This document shows, piece after piece, positions 18,070 to 27,490 of a stretch of DNA of 59,548 nt. The notes under the pieces are model-generated. The model was not told the origin of the DNA. It saw nothing but the letters and a program-made list of their open reading frames with translations, and did not search any database. The position numbers and the translations under genes were made by a program. The number at the start of each line of letters is the position of its first letter. Position 1 is the stretch's first letter. This DNA comes from a virus (lineage: Duplodnaviria; Caudoviricetes): IMG/VR virus record IMGVR_UViG_3300012926_000005, positions 1 through 59,548 of that record; one strand, written 5' to 3'.

Positions 18070-20315
18070 TGCAAGACCTAGCCTCTAATTCGGACTTTAC
18101 TAATCTCTCTCCAGAAGCCAAAAAGAAAGTGCTGTCTGGACTGCCGGGATTTCCGCAGTCCGCAGAAGCACAGACAAAAATCTACGAACAGTTTGGCATC
18201 AAGGAACCGGAGAAACCGAAAGAGCCGGAAGGCTTCTGGCATTCTCTAGGATCGGGATTCGGGGTAGACAAAGAGTCACGTGATTCCCGTGCTAAAGAAA
18301 TGACCGAGCATCCGGTTAAGAGTATGGGCTCTATGCCTAACCCATTATTGCCTATTATTCCCCTTAATCCCGTGCCAATGATTAAGTCAATGGGCAAGTC
18401 TTTTGGTAAGGCCCATGAATCAGAAATTCGTTCCGCAGAGAATTTTGCCAAGGGCGACATAAAGGGCGGGCTGGCGGAAAAAGCCGGAGCATTCGGCCAC
18501 ACGGTTTCAGCTGTAGCTCCGGGCGGGGAAACGATAGAGAAGTCAGGAGAGCAGTTTGGTGATAAAAACTGGAAAGGTGGACTAGGAACTGCACTCTCTG
18601 TTATCGGGCCGATACTTATAGGTGGCGCTATAAAGTCTAAGACCGGGCCGTTGAAACCACGTGCTCAATTGTCTAAACTAGTGAAAGCTACGGGCGAAAC
18701 ATCCGGCGACATGGCTGACAATCTCAATAAAGTCCAGAGCGACTTAAATGAGACGGTATCACAGAACGGTTTAGAGCATAAGACTCTAGGTACTACGGGC
18801 GATGTCCAGAAAGAGGCTACTGGATTTTATAAGACCGTAGTGGACACTAAGCAAAGAATTTCCAGCCAATATAACCTAGGTATTCAGAAGCTAGGCGGCA
18901 AAGAGTTCATGCCGACGCGGACGATTGCCAAGCTGAAAGAATTGCAAGACAAATTCCAGAAAACAGGCACTGCAGACGGCAAGGCGCAAGCGGCGGGAAT
19001 CAAGCGCATCATTGACACGGACTATTCTCATCCTAAGACCGCAGGAGCACTAGACGCAGACAGGTGGATGCAAAACGGTGTAGCGGAAGGCCAGTACAAC
19101 AAAGAGCTAACAAAGCAGATTTCCGGTACGGCTGCGGGACGTGACCCAGCGATAGCTAAAGTTATTGCCGATGGACTCAGAGACGATCTATACGAAGAGA
19201 TTTTAGGCAAAGAGCAACCGGGTACGAACTGGAGAGAAGTTAAATCAAAAGAAGGTGCTCTACTTGAGATTCAGTCGCGCCTAGGAAAGATCATTCCGGA
19301 CGTACATACCAAGCAGTTAGCCTTAGAGGGCGGCAGTAGAATGCCGTCAGCGTCGTTCTCGGTTCACGGCGGCGGTATTACTCCGAGAGTTCACATAGCC
19401 AGCAAGATGTTTCCGGGTAAGTTCGGGCCGGAGCCTACGGCGAACCGTGCAGTAGCGAAGGCATTCAGGGGAATAGAAGGCAAGACGCCGAAAAAGTCGC
19501 TGACACCGTTAAATCAGTCTAACGTTGGACAAAATCCTAAACCGCCGTCAGGCCCTAAAGGCGGTAATCCCCCTGGTGCTACGGGTAATTCAGGGTCTAA
19601 ACCGCCTCCGTCTACCCCTCCGGGTTCCACGGTCGGCAGTGCGGCAGCATCGGTAGCGGATACAAACAATTTTGCAGCGGCCAAAGCCAAACTAGGGCCG
19701 AATGCTTCCTTGAGTGAAATAGCACAAGAAGCGCAGAGGATGAAAACAGGCAATACGTCCGGCTCTGTGTCAGGAAAAGGTTCGCCTGACTTCAAGCACC
19801 AAGTATTTAATGGAGGCGATGAAATTACGACTAGCGACGGACGCACAGGGAAGGTGATTGCTACTCATGCAGACGGTAGAAGCTCTCTCTTGGTGGACTT
19901 TGGTAAAGGAAAAAAAGAGACTGTATGGCGAGAGAATATTACGTCCGTCAAGGGGCAGGGTGGCAGTACTGGACAGGCGTCTAAAAGTAAACACGCCATC
20001 ATGGAAAAACTTGAGGGAACGCCAGAAGAGTTAAAGAGAATGCGGGATCAGATGGAGGGCAGGAATAGGCATATTTTAGACAAGCTGGTAGAGGATACAA
20101 AGAACGATCCGCCGTTACAGCAAAATCAGCCTAAATTGACTTCTCTCAACGCCGAGCACCTGAAGGCTGGTAAGCCTGTGTCTGTCAAGGGTAAAAAAGG
20201 CTCCATCATAGGTAAGCATCCCGGTTCCGGAAAAATCACAGTCAAGATGGAAGATGGAAGTATCCAGCGTATAGACCCCTCGGAGTTAAATCCCAGACTT
20301 ACGCCGCTGAAATAG
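18069..20315 (+). CDS. Putative large ejection protein with two C-terminal SH3/KOW-like modules
   Basis: Last gene of the virion operon; Gly-rich hydrophobic stretch; two G(D/K).(I/V)...G..G.(V/I)I modules. Confidence 0.55.
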   Translation: MQDLASNSDFTNLSPEAKKKVLSGLPGFPQSAEAQTKIYEQFGIKEPEKPKEPEGFWHSLGSGFGVDKESRDSRAKEMTEHPVKSMGSMPNPLLPIIPLNPVPMIKSMGKSFGKAHESEIRSAENFAKGDIKGGLAEKAGAFGHTVSAVAPGGETIEKSGEQFGDKNWKGGLGTALSVIGPILIGGAIKSKTGPLKPRAQLSKLVKATGETSGDMADNLNKVQSDLNETVSQNGLEHKTLGTTGDVQKEATGFYKTVVDTKQRISSQYNLGIQKLGGKEFMPTRTIAKLKELQDKFQKTGTADGKAQAAGIKRIIDTDYSHPKTAGALDADRWMQNGVAEGQYNKELTKQISGTAAGRDPAIAKVIADGLRDDLYEEILGKEQPGTNWREVKSKEGALLEIQSRLGKIIPDVHTKQLALEGGSRMPSASFSVHGGGITPRVHIASKMFPGKFGPEPTANRAVAKAFRGIEGKTPKKSLTPLNQSNVGQNPKPPSGPKGGNPPGATGNSGSKPPPSTPPGSTVGSAAASVADTNNFAAAKAKLGPNASLSEIAQEAQRMKTGNTSGSVSGKGSPDFKHQVFNGGDEITTSDGRTGKVIATHADGRSSLLVDFGKGKKETVWRENITSVKGQGGSTGQASKSKHAIMEKLEGTPEELKRMRDQMEGRNRHILDKLVEDTKNDPPLQQNQPKLTSLNAEHLKAGKPVSVKGKKGSIIGKHPGSGKITVKMEDGSIQRIDPSELNPRLTPLK

Positions 20316-20318
20316 TTC

Positions 20319-20346
20319 TTGACAGTTTAATTCTTAGGTGCATAAT
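20319..20346 (+). promoter_or_regulatory. Sigma70-like promoter
   Basis: TTGACA-N16-CATAAT. Confidence 0.55.
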
Positions 20347-20419
20347 GGTGGAAAGTTAGGAAGGGCGCGGTTACGAGCCGCACCCTAACGGTTCGATGTA
20401 AGAGCCACTAACGAGGGTA

Positions 20420-20632
20420 GTGACCATGACACCATTTAGAAGTATAGCAGTTCTGCTTGTAATTACTAGTCTAGGCTGTTCTCGGCACCGTCCGGTAAAA
20501 ATCCACACTGAAAATCTTCTGCGGATTACCTACAATTCTACTGAGTGTGAGCGCTTGGTAGACGGACGAATCAAATGTAAAAATGTGATATTCACGGAGA
20601 AGTCTGTAAGCGTAACAGACTTGCAGAAGTGA
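20420..20632 (+). CDS. Small lipoprotein
   Basis: Hydrophobic stretch plus lipobox-like SLG-C. Confidence 0.55.
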   Translation: MTMTPFRSIAVLLVITSLGCSRHRPVKIHTENLLRITYNSTECERLVDGRIKCKNVIFTEKSVSVTDLQK

Positions 20633-20780
20633 GTAAGCAGGAAATCATCAGCGAGCTAGCTAGTATCTACTTGGCTGGTGATGGTAAGTTGTCGCTAAAG
20701 GAAGCCCGCACGAAGGCCGAGCAGAAGTTTGAGCAAGCGAAGGCGTATTACAAGAAGTGCGGCTACCTGACTGAATCTGC

Positions 20781-20809
20781 TTGACATTATTCATGTAGTT
20801 TGATAAATT
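20781..20809 (+). promoter_or_regulatory. Promoter TTGACA-N17-TAAATT (extended -10), probably leaderless
   Basis: ATG at 20817 is 7 nt after the -10; no SD. Confidence 0.75.
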
Positions 20810-20816
20810 AAAACTC

Positions 20817-21176
20817 ATGAAGCCAGCCGTCAAAACCTTTCCCGATGGTCGCGAAGTCTGCCAAGATAACGCTGCGGGGAAGCGGGAGTATAAGCGGCGT
20901 AGATTTCAGGCTTACGTCGAGCACGGTAAGAGATGCTGGCTATGCGGTCGGCACATGTGGGAAGCTGAGACGACGAGCGATCACGTAATACCACGGGGTA
21001 ACGGTGGTGGCTGGAGAGACGATAGGCAAGCGAACATCCGTCCTTGCTGTGAAAATTGCAACTTCAGGCGTGGTTCTCGTAGAATGTCCCAAGTGCCGTG
21101 TCCACAATGTACTTGGCCTAACACGGTTGGGCCTGTAGACCATGAATGTTTCCGATGTAATTATAGGTTTGTATGA
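20817..21176 (+). CDS. HNH endonuclease
   Basis: CWLCG...DHVIPRG.GG....N....C..CN. Confidence 0.9.
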   Translation: MKPAVKTFPDGREVCQDNAAGKREYKRRRFQAYVEHGKRCWLCGRHMWEAETTSDHVIPRGNGGGWRDDRQANIRPCCENCNFRRGSRRMSQVPCPQCTWPNTVGPVDHECFRCNYRFV

Positions 21177-22105
21177 TCTTCCCTGCTGAAGGCTTTTCTA
21201 AGTTCGAGCACTGTCCGAGGCTTCCGCAGCTAGAGCGGACGTTTCAACCTCCGCGTATCCCCGTTCGTGAGGCCGTGAAGCTATATCTGGAGTCTGGAAT
21301 ACGCTCTATAATGGCCAGCCAAAGCACAGAACCGACCGTAGAGGCGTTCCTGAGCGAAGCGGCAGCTACGGGCTATCTTTACCCTGAAGGCGAGTCCTAC
21401 ACGATTTGTCAGGATCACGCTTCATGGCTAGACGGAGCTTTGCGGTTGATAGCGGAAGAATTTCAGCCGATGGAGCAATTACCGCTTTACAAGATTGGAG
21501 AGCATCGTGTCAATGTCGAAGGATGGGACGACGTAGAGAGAGCGCACATTTTCAGGGCAACGCATGATCTTAGTGATCGTTCCTTGCGGTGGCCGGAGTT
21601 GGTTTTATCGGCAATGGATGGACGGGAAATCTGCATCCACGCCTACAAGATGTCAAGTGTTAGAAGTGGCAGACTGGCCAGTCCTCTCGTTATGGCCTAC
21701 CAGCATCCCAGCTTTCAGAACATCAATTACAGGCTTGCCAAGCTGGACGGAGATAAAGACTTCAAGAAAAGCTGGAAGCGTATCGGACGTTGGGAAATCC
21801 AGCCTAACCCCCTCTGGGAAGAGTGGCGAAGGGGAATAGAGAAAGACCGCTGTATAGACGCGATACGGGAAACGTATACGGTAAGTCCGACGTTAGACAC
21901 TGAGCAAAGAGATAGGCTGTTATTTGACGTAGAGCAGATGTGCTCTGCCCAAGAAAAGCCTTCTATTTTCCCCCGGTACAGGGAACGGTGTGGATCGTGT
22001 GTCATGAATGGTCTGTGTCACGGTGACGAGTACAGCCGTTCTCTGTACACTCCGGTCAATCAGGCCGAGCTAGAGCGCTATAAAAACAGACTGGAAAAAT
22101 TATGA
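21173..22105 (+). CDS. Cas4/AddB-like PD-(D/E)XK-fold protein, catalytic motif not evident
   Basis: N-terminal F..CPR and C-terminal CxxCxxxxxC cysteine staple. Confidence 0.5.
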   Translation: MIFPAEGFSKFEHCPRLPQLERTFQPPRIPVREAVKLYLESGIRSIMASQSTEPTVEAFLSEAAATGYLYPEGESYTICQDHASWLDGALRLIAEEFQPMEQLPLYKIGEHRVNVEGWDDVERAHIFRATHDLSDRSLRWPELVLSAMDGREICIHAYKMSSVRSGRLASPLVMAYQHPSFQNINYRLAKLDGDKDFKKSWKRIGRWEIQPNPLWEEWRRGIEKDRCIDAIRETYTVSPTLDTEQRDRLLFDVEQMCSAQEKPSIFPRYRERCGSCVMNGLCHGDEYSRSLYTPVNQAELERYKNRLEKL

Positions 22106-22368
22106 AGGAAATAGAAATAGGCATTGACGGCGAAAAGACTGCTAGAGTGGAGTGGATGTACCCCAATATCTACAAGGACGAGTCTCTAGACTATATAGAA
22201 ATTGGACTTTATCACGTTCGTGCAGCCGATGACATTCGGATTGAATTCGACGGCGAACGTAACGGCTACGTGATACGCATGGACAGAACGGTTGAGCGTG
22301 AAGGGCATTGCGAAACGATTGAGGAAAAGCAAGAGGTTGCATTTATTCCCGCGTGGAACCAAGAATAA
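22102..22368 (+). CDS. Hypothetical protein
   Basis: ORF with overlapping start/stop. Confidence 0.65.
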   Translation: MKEIEIGIDGEKTARVEWMYPNIYKDESLDYIEIGLYHVRAADDIRIEFDGERNGYVIRMDRTVEREGHCETIEEKQEVAFIPAWNQE

Positions 22369-22370
22369 GC

Positions 22371-22399
22371 TTGACATGTTTTATCAACTTTGATAAATT
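22371..22399 (+). promoter_or_regulatory. Promoter TTGACA-N17-TAAATT with palindrome TTTATCAA-CT-TTGATAAA
   Basis: ATG at 22406 is 6 nt after the -10. Confidence 0.75.
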
Positions 22400-22405
22400 A
22401 CTCAC

Positions 22406-22696
22406 ATGAAGTCAACACCCCATAGCTGGCAGACGCGGATGAATACCCGGACGGCGCGAATGAAGAAATTGATTGAAATGAACGCGCCGGATGTGATTGT
22501 CGCCGGGGAAGCTATCTTGATCCTCCGCGCACACCTGAAGACGGAAAGCAATCTGTCTTTGCTTGGTAAGCTGACACTACGGTTACTGCTTGAGTCGTTC
22601 TTGGTTTTGGTTCTGGACTTCAAGATCATCTGGTACAAGATTCATGGCTTGACGGAAGACGAAGCAATCGAAAAAGCATGTGAGACAAAGAAGTGA
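22406..22696 (+). CDS. Hypothetical protein
   Basis: ORF directly behind a promoter. Confidence 0.6.
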   Translation: MKSTPHSWQTRMNTRTARMKKLIEMNAPDVIVAGEAILILRAHLKTESNLSLLGKLTLRLLLESFLVLVLDFKIIWYKIHGLTEDEAIEKACETKK

Positions 22697-22887
22697 GCGA
22701 GCTTTGGTCATGCGCTAACTGTGACACGGTAGGCCCGTTAAGTCAGCATGGCCAGTGTATAGCCTGTGGATCAATCGCAGTCATGCCAATGGCTTCTATG
22801 CCGACAGAGCCAACGGCTAAGCCAAAGAAAAAGCGAGTCAGCAAGAAACAACGTGATCTAGCGGAGTTGGAAAAACTTTTCAAGTGA
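22693..22887 (+). CDS. Small zinc-ribbon protein
   Basis: CANC...CIACGS. Confidence 0.6.
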   Translation: MSELWSCANCDTVGPLSQHGQCIACGSIAVMPMASMPTEPTAKPKKKRVSKKQRDLAELEKLFK

Positions 22888-22896
22888 GGACACAGT

Positions 22897-23829
22897 ATGA
22901 GCAGCAACGCAGAAATCATTCAGGTAAACGAGTTTGAGACTTCAATCGTTCCTGTCAAGATCATCGAGCAGAGGCAGCAGGCTCTTTGGAAATTGATGGC
23001 AGAAGCGATGGAAAAGGGAGTTGACTACGGCAAGACGCCAGGGTGCGGAGATAAGCCTTCGTTGTTTAAACCTGGCTCTGAAAAAGTGCTGGCTATGTTT
23101 CAGTTAGCCGTTGACCCGATGGTGGAAGACCTCTGCCCTCTCGGTGGCGGGGCTTACGATGAGTTCCGGGTTAGAGTCCACGTGACAGTCAAGAACAATA
23201 GCCGTTTCGTCGGCAAGGGTGTGGGCGAGTGCTCAAGCTGGGAAGAAAAGTACAAATGGCGTAAGGCTGTCACAGACGGAGAGTACGATCACATGGCCGC
23301 CATTGACCCGTCGCTTGTTCGCGTCAAGTTCGGGAAGGACTGGCAGAGCAAGAAAGAATATCAGGTGAAACAAGTTCGCGTACCGACTGCGGACATTGCC
23401 AACACCGTAGTCAAGATGGGAAAAAAGAGAGCGCAGATTGACGCTACGCTTACCTCTACTGCGGCAAGTGCCATCTTCTCGCAAGACCTTGAGGATATGC
23501 CGCCAGAGATAGCCGAAGGTATTAACGAGTCTCAGGCACAGGACGGTGAGCAGAAGCAATCTATCAAGCGTCCAGAGCGCAAGGCAGAGACAAAGGCCGA
23601 AGCGCCCAAGGCTGAAGACAAGCCGCGTGACCCAGCGAACATCTCAGAGTCTCAAGGGAAGATGCTGTACGCGATCAGCCGTCAGCGTAAACTTTCAGAC
23701 GACGAACTGAAATCAGAAGTAAAGCGGGTTTGCGGCGTAGATCATTCACGGGAGATCAAGAAAGAAGATTTCCAGAAGATCATCGACGCGATAGACCCTG
23801 GATTCGCGCATCACGATCAGAAGAAATAG
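22897..23829 (+). CDS. Putative ssDNA-annealing / recombination protein
   Basis: DYG..PG..KPSL.KPG.EK, NT..KM..KRA..DA and FSQDLED motifs; near the exonuclease. Confidence 0.6.
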   Translation: MSSNAEIIQVNEFETSIVPVKIIEQRQQALWKLMAEAMEKGVDYGKTPGCGDKPSLFKPGSEKVLAMFQLAVDPMVEDLCPLGGGAYDEFRVRVHVTVKNNSRFVGKGVGECSSWEEKYKWRKAVTDGEYDHMAAIDPSLVRVKFGKDWQSKKEYQVKQVRVPTADIANTVVKMGKKRAQIDATLTSTAASAIFSQDLEDMPPEIAEGINESQAQDGEQKQSIKRPERKAETKAEAPKAEDKPRDPANISESQGKMLYAISRQRKLSDDELKSEVKRVCGVDHSREIKKEDFQKIIDAIDPGFAHHDQKK

Positions 23830-23831
23830 TA

Positions 23832-23996
23832 TTCGCCGTCGTCCTCCGGCGATGCGTGGGCGGCTTTTCGGCCATAGGGGCCGCCCACGGTTTTCAAGAT
23901 CAGCGTAAGGGCACTTGCGCTGTAGGGGAAGTGGGATGGTAGGAAATAAAAGGCCAGCACAGCTAAGTAATTCTGATACCTCACTTCCCCGGTACA
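23832..23996 (+). ncRNA. Candidate structured RNA (four consecutive stems)
   Basis: CGCCG/CGGCG, CGTGGGCGGC/GCCGCCCACG, CAGCGTAAG/CTTGCGCTG, GGGGAAGTGGG/CTCACTTCCCC. Confidence 0.4.
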
Positions 23997-24019
23997 GTCC
24001 AACGTTAGGCGATTTTTAT

Positions 24020-24250
24020 ATGACAATCAAACACTTATTAAAGTGGTTTATTTTAGGTGAAATGACTAAGCGGTGGCAGCATATTGTCATGTCCTCTGCT
24101 TGGTTGTCTATGTTCGCCTTAGCTCTCTTCAATCCTTTCGGAAGATACCATGAATCGCGTATATGGTGGATGGTGTTTTCTGCTTGGGCATTCGGGGTGC
24201 AGGGTACAAAATTCCTAGATTGGGATAAGCAGACCAAGCCGCAATCGTAG
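24020..24250 (+). CDS. Small two-TM membrane protein
   Basis: Trp-rich hydrophobic helices. Confidence 0.5.
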   Translation: MTIKHLLKWFILGEMTKRWQHIVMSSAWLSMFALALFNPFGRYHESRIWWMVFSAWAFGVQGTKFLDWDKQTKPQS

Positions 24251-24566
24251 ACTATGACAAAGCAACCACAATGCGACTGGACGGCACAAGACCTAAGCGA
24301 GAAGCGGGATACGGTGTACGTTCACTGTCAGTCACGGCTAAATCACGAAGGCCAGCACGTGCCGCCGAGAGAATGCAATAAACCGCAACCAAAACTAAGT
24401 ATCTGGTTTAGGAGGAAGTAGACATGAAGACCATATTAACCATTGAGAAAGCTCAAGCTGGAGGCTATGCTCTTAGGAGTGAAAATTTCCTAACACTTCA
24501 TCCAACGTTAGACGAAGCAATTACGGCTTTACGGGCTGTGTTTGAAGTTTCAGAAAGGAAACCACA

Positions 24567-24776
24567 ATGACAATGCACCCCGTTGAAAGCAGTATGATAG
24601 CGGCAGTGGGATGGGACAACGTAAGCGGCCTAGTGGTTCGCTTCAAAAGCGGTAATCAGGAATACCAGTATTCCGGTGTACCGGAGCATGTGTTTCAGGA
24701 GCTACGGTCTTCGGCCTCAATCGGGAAGTTTTTCAAGTCTTCCATTCAGGGGAAGTACGAGAGTGTGAAGCTATGA
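24567..24776 (+). CDS. KTSC domain protein
   Basis: V.SS.I.AVG.D...L.VRF.SG..Y.Y.GVP..VF..L..S.S.GKFF...I.G.Y. Confidence 0.92.
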   Translation: MTMHPVESSMIAAVGWDNVSGLVVRFKSGNQEYQYSGVPEHVFQELRSSASIGKFFKSSIQGKYESVKL

Positions 24777-24976
24777 AGCTGTTTATCTGGTACAGCCCCT
24801 ATCGCGTTAAATATGGAGAATCTTTGCTGTTTGCAATGGCGGAAAGCGCCGAGCAAGCAGAGATGGAAGCAATGAATAAAGTGGAGTTATATCGCCTACC
24901 CCTTGGATTCAAGTTGGGTAAGCCAAGCAAAGTTTATGATGTTGCGTGTGCAGAGTGGCACCATTGGGAAGAGTGA
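24773..24976 (+). CDS. Hypothetical protein
   Basis: ATGA-coupled ORF. Confidence 0.55.
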   Translation: MKLFIWYSPYRVKYGESLLFAMAESAEQAEMEAMNKVELYRLPLGFKLGKPSKVYDVACAEWHHWEE

Positions 24977-24977
24977 C

Positions 24978-25625
24978 ATGCCTGAAGTAGAGTTCCGCGA
25001 CACTGAAAACGGCGAACCCTGTCATAAGTACTACCGTGACGGTAAAGAGATTCCCGGCCTGTCTTACATTTTAGAGAGCAACGGTTTTTGCCGTTACGGA
25101 AAAGTCCGAAAAGACGTGATGGAAGCGGCGAGAGAGCGCGGGGATGCTGCCCACTATGCGACACGGCTCTTTGATGAAGACAATCCTAGCGGTGTCGGCA
25201 ATATAGACCAGTGGCAAGAGCAGTCCTTAAAAGATTCGCTTGACCCTTGGACACTTTCACGGCTTAAGGGCTGGGTGAAGTTTAGGATTGACTTTGATTT
25301 CAACCCGCTGATTATCGAAAAGCCGATGTGTCACGAATGGTCAGGCATGGTCTATGCGATGACTCCGGACAGATACGGTAATTCCAGCATGGGCCGTCTC
25401 GTCCCTGAGATTAAGTGTACCGCTGAGATTGAGCCGTCCTGTCAGATACAAACGGCTTTCCAGATTCAGCCGTTTAAGATGGAAACGGATTCAATTCGCC
25501 GCGTGGTCGTACAGCTTTTGGAAAACGATTACAAGATTCACGAATTCAAAGACCGTCAGGACGAGCGTCTAGCGTTCAACATTCTTGGTGCTACTTCATG
25601 GAAATGGGCCATGGGAATACGCTAG
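24978..25625 (+). CDS. PD-(D/E)XK exonuclease
   Basis: H.Y..DG..IPG.S.IL, ERG.A.H, IE, YA.TPDR, EIK, QTA motifs. Confidence 0.8.
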   Translation: MPEVEFRDTENGEPCHKYYRDGKEIPGLSYILESNGFCRYGKVRKDVMEAARERGDAAHYATRLFDEDNPSGVGNIDQWQEQSLKDSLDPWTLSRLKGWVKFRIDFDFNPLIIEKPMCHEWSGMVYAMTPDRYGNSSMGRLVPEIKCTAEIEPSCQIQTAFQIQPFKMETDSIRRVVVQLLENDYKIHEFKDRQDERLAFNILGATSWKWAMGIR

Positions 25626-25640
25626 TCCAATGTCAGACAC

Positions 25641-25982
25641 ATGGCAACACACGTATCACAATACGGGCAGACTAACCTTCGCGGCGTTCCGAAGGTCGTA
25701 ATTATCTGGTATCGACAGGTTTATCCGGACTACTGTTTCTATTGTGGTGTGGAACTGTGTCTAGGTAACAGAACAAAAGATCATGTTGTACCCCGCTGCA
25801 ATGGCGCGATAAGGCATAACAACCTTGTGCCGTGCTGCAACGTTTGTAACGGCTTTAAGGGTTGCCTTGCTGTGTCGCACTTCCGCACTCGTTCCGAGCA
25901 CGGCCCTCTCTTCTTCGGGGAAAAGAAGTATCTAGAGTCCCGTGCCTTCAAGAAAGCGCTTGACAAGTCCCTGCAAGTTTGA
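25641..25982 (+). CDS. HNH endonuclease
   Basis: CFYCG...TKDHVVPR..G....NLVPCC..CN..KG. Confidence 0.92.
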   Translation: MATHVSQYGQTNLRGVPKVVIIWYRQVYPDYCFYCGVELCLGNRTKDHVVPRCNGAIRHNNLVPCCNVCNGFKGCLAVSHFRTRSEHGPLFFGEKKYLESRAFKKALDKSLQV

Positions 25983-25988
25983 TAAATT
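25960..25988 (+). promoter_or_regulatory. Promoter TTGACA-N17-TAAATT
   Basis: Same TTTGATAAATT block as at 20.8, 22.4 and 33.6 kb. Confidence 0.75.
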
Positions 25989-26004
25989 GCAGTTGAGGAC
26001 GAAA

Positions 26005-26703
26005 ATGACACCTACCGAACAAATTCTTACCATAGAACTAAACCCCAAAGAACAAGCAATGGCGCGAGAGGTAACAGCGCTGGTTAATGCTCCGCTGATT
26101 CCGTCTATCCAGACGGCAGAGCAAGACGCAGAAGCGTTCGCGTTCCTATCACGGCTGAAGGCTCAAGAAAAGGCCGTACACGCGCTTTGGGACGATGACA
26201 TTGAGATGGCGAACAAGCTACACAGGTCGCTCACGGGCAAGCGTAAGAAGTTTCTGGATGCTATAACTAACGCCTTTAGGTTGGTGGACGGCAAGCGATC
26301 AGAATATCTTGAGCGACTTGAGCGCGAGAAGCAAGAGAAGGAACGGGTTGAGCGGGAGAAGGCCCAAGCGATTCAACAAGCCGAACTGCTGGCGGAAGCG
26401 GCTACGCTGGAAAAGACGGGCGACACGCTAGGGGCTGAGTGTGTTTTGGCGGAAGCGATGAATGCACCTGCACCCGTGGTTGTTGTAGCTTCAAGTGCTC
26501 CGGTGTACGACGGCGGCTACAATCGTGCGCTGCCGTGGCAGGTAGAAGTAATCGACCCGTCAAAGGTCAAGAAAGAGTACTGGTGTTTGGACGTGGATTC
26601 TATTGGTGCTCTTGTGCGGAAAAAGGGTAAGCTGGCTGAAAACATCATTGGCGCAGGAAGCGTCCGGATTTGGCAAGGGCGTAAGACCATCATCAAGGGC
26701 TAG
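26005..26703 (+). CDS. Coiled-coil phage protein of recombination modules
   Basis: GAGG RBS; long helical hairpin, C-terminal 'WQVEVIDPSKV..EY..D..I..LVR'. Confidence 0.6.
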   Translation: MTPTEQILTIELNPKEQAMAREVTALVNAPLIPSIQTAEQDAEAFAFLSRLKAQEKAVHALWDDDIEMANKLHRSLTGKRKKFLDAITNAFRLVDGKRSEYLERLEREKQEKERVEREKAQAIQQAELLAEAATLEKTGDTLGAECVLAEAMNAPAPVVVVASSAPVYDGGYNRALPWQVEVIDPSKVKKEYWCLDVDSIGALVRKKGKLAENIIGAGSVRIWQGRKTIIKG

Positions 26704-26762
26704 TAGTCGCTTATAGGTCAACCTGACGCTACGGCGGGGTATCCTAAAGAGGTAATCAGACC

Positions 26763-26870
26763 ATGAAAAACAAGACTATTCTCCCCTCTACGGCAATTTT
26801 TTACGGTGCTCTGATGGCCTGTAGCTTTTGGAGTATAGTGGCATTAATCTGGTGGTTCGTCCAACGTTAG
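26763..26870 (+). CDS. 35-aa membrane peptide
   Basis: GAGG RBS; MKNKTILPSTAIFYGALMACSFWSIVALIWWFVQR*; the 14-bp motif supplies its stop. Confidence 0.5.
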   Translation: MKNKTILPSTAIFYGALMACSFWSIVALIWWFVQR

Positions 26871-26874
26871 ACTT

Positions 26875-27072
26875 ATGGCTGACAGAAAAGAATATTTCCG
26901 TAAGCGCTATCTGGCAAGAAAGGCCGGAGAGTGGACGCCGATGAAACGAGGGCGGCGTGTAGGATTCAGGATGAAGCCGACGCCAGAGCAGATTGATTAC
27001 GAAATACGGTTAGCCGTGGCGATAGAAATATTTTTGTCTTTCACGGTTCACGGGCATAGGATACGAGGGTAG
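26875..27072 (+). CDS. Small basic protein (AT-hook-like KRGRR)
   Basis: ORF. Confidence 0.5.
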   Translation: MADRKEYFRKRYLARKAGEWTPMKRGRRVGFRMKPTPEQIDYEIRLAVAIEIFLSFTVHGHRIRG

Positions 27073-27093
27073 AGATCAGGGAGGGGAGAGTAG

Positions 27094-27297
27094 ATGGCAA
27101 AAGTTTATTTGGCGACACTGTTAGGAATCTGGATCGGAGTGGCAATTTCTATCGTGCTCGTGCGGCACGTGACAATCCCGCCGACACCTTGGATTATTGC
27201 GGGCAAATTTTGCGGATTGGCTGGATTGATTATGACTCCAGTAATGCTGTTTTTAGTGTGGCTTGCTCCGCAGACTTGGCCGAAGGTGACCCGATGA
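27094..27297 (+). CDS. Small two-TM protein
   Basis: Strong RBS; hydrophobic. Confidence 0.55.
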   Translation: MAKVYLATLLGIWIGVAISIVLVRHVTIPPTPWIIAGKFCGLAGLIMTPVMLFLVWLAPQTWPKVTR

Positions 27298-27490
27298 CTC
27301 CCGGCAACCCTGAGCAGGAGGCACGAGAGCAGTGGGCGCGTAATATCCATGCATTTATGGGAGGGGCATTCGTCGGGTTGCTATTAGTTGCGGCAGATAT
27401 AGCTTTCTGTATTTGGATTTCAATGTGAAAACGCGGGAGGGGCAGGAAAATGGCAACATGCGAAGGTTGGGATTGGGATGGAGGTTGGTA

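Noticed and set aside
15694-20315. Tape measure protein / long tail
   Set aside because: No tube, sheath or chaperone frameshift genes recognised; the proteins look like podoviral ejection proteins
20347-20419. tRNA gene (contains GGTTCGA)
   Set aside because: No cloverleaf: T-arm stem and acceptor-stem geometry do not fit
21173-22105. CRISPR-Cas locus
   Set aside because: Only a solo Cas4-like fold; no cas1/cas2 or array
26704-26762. IS200/IS605-like end or riboswitch in the intergenic gap
   Set aside because: Only vague resemblance; no TnpA/TnpB/IscB and no convincing stem
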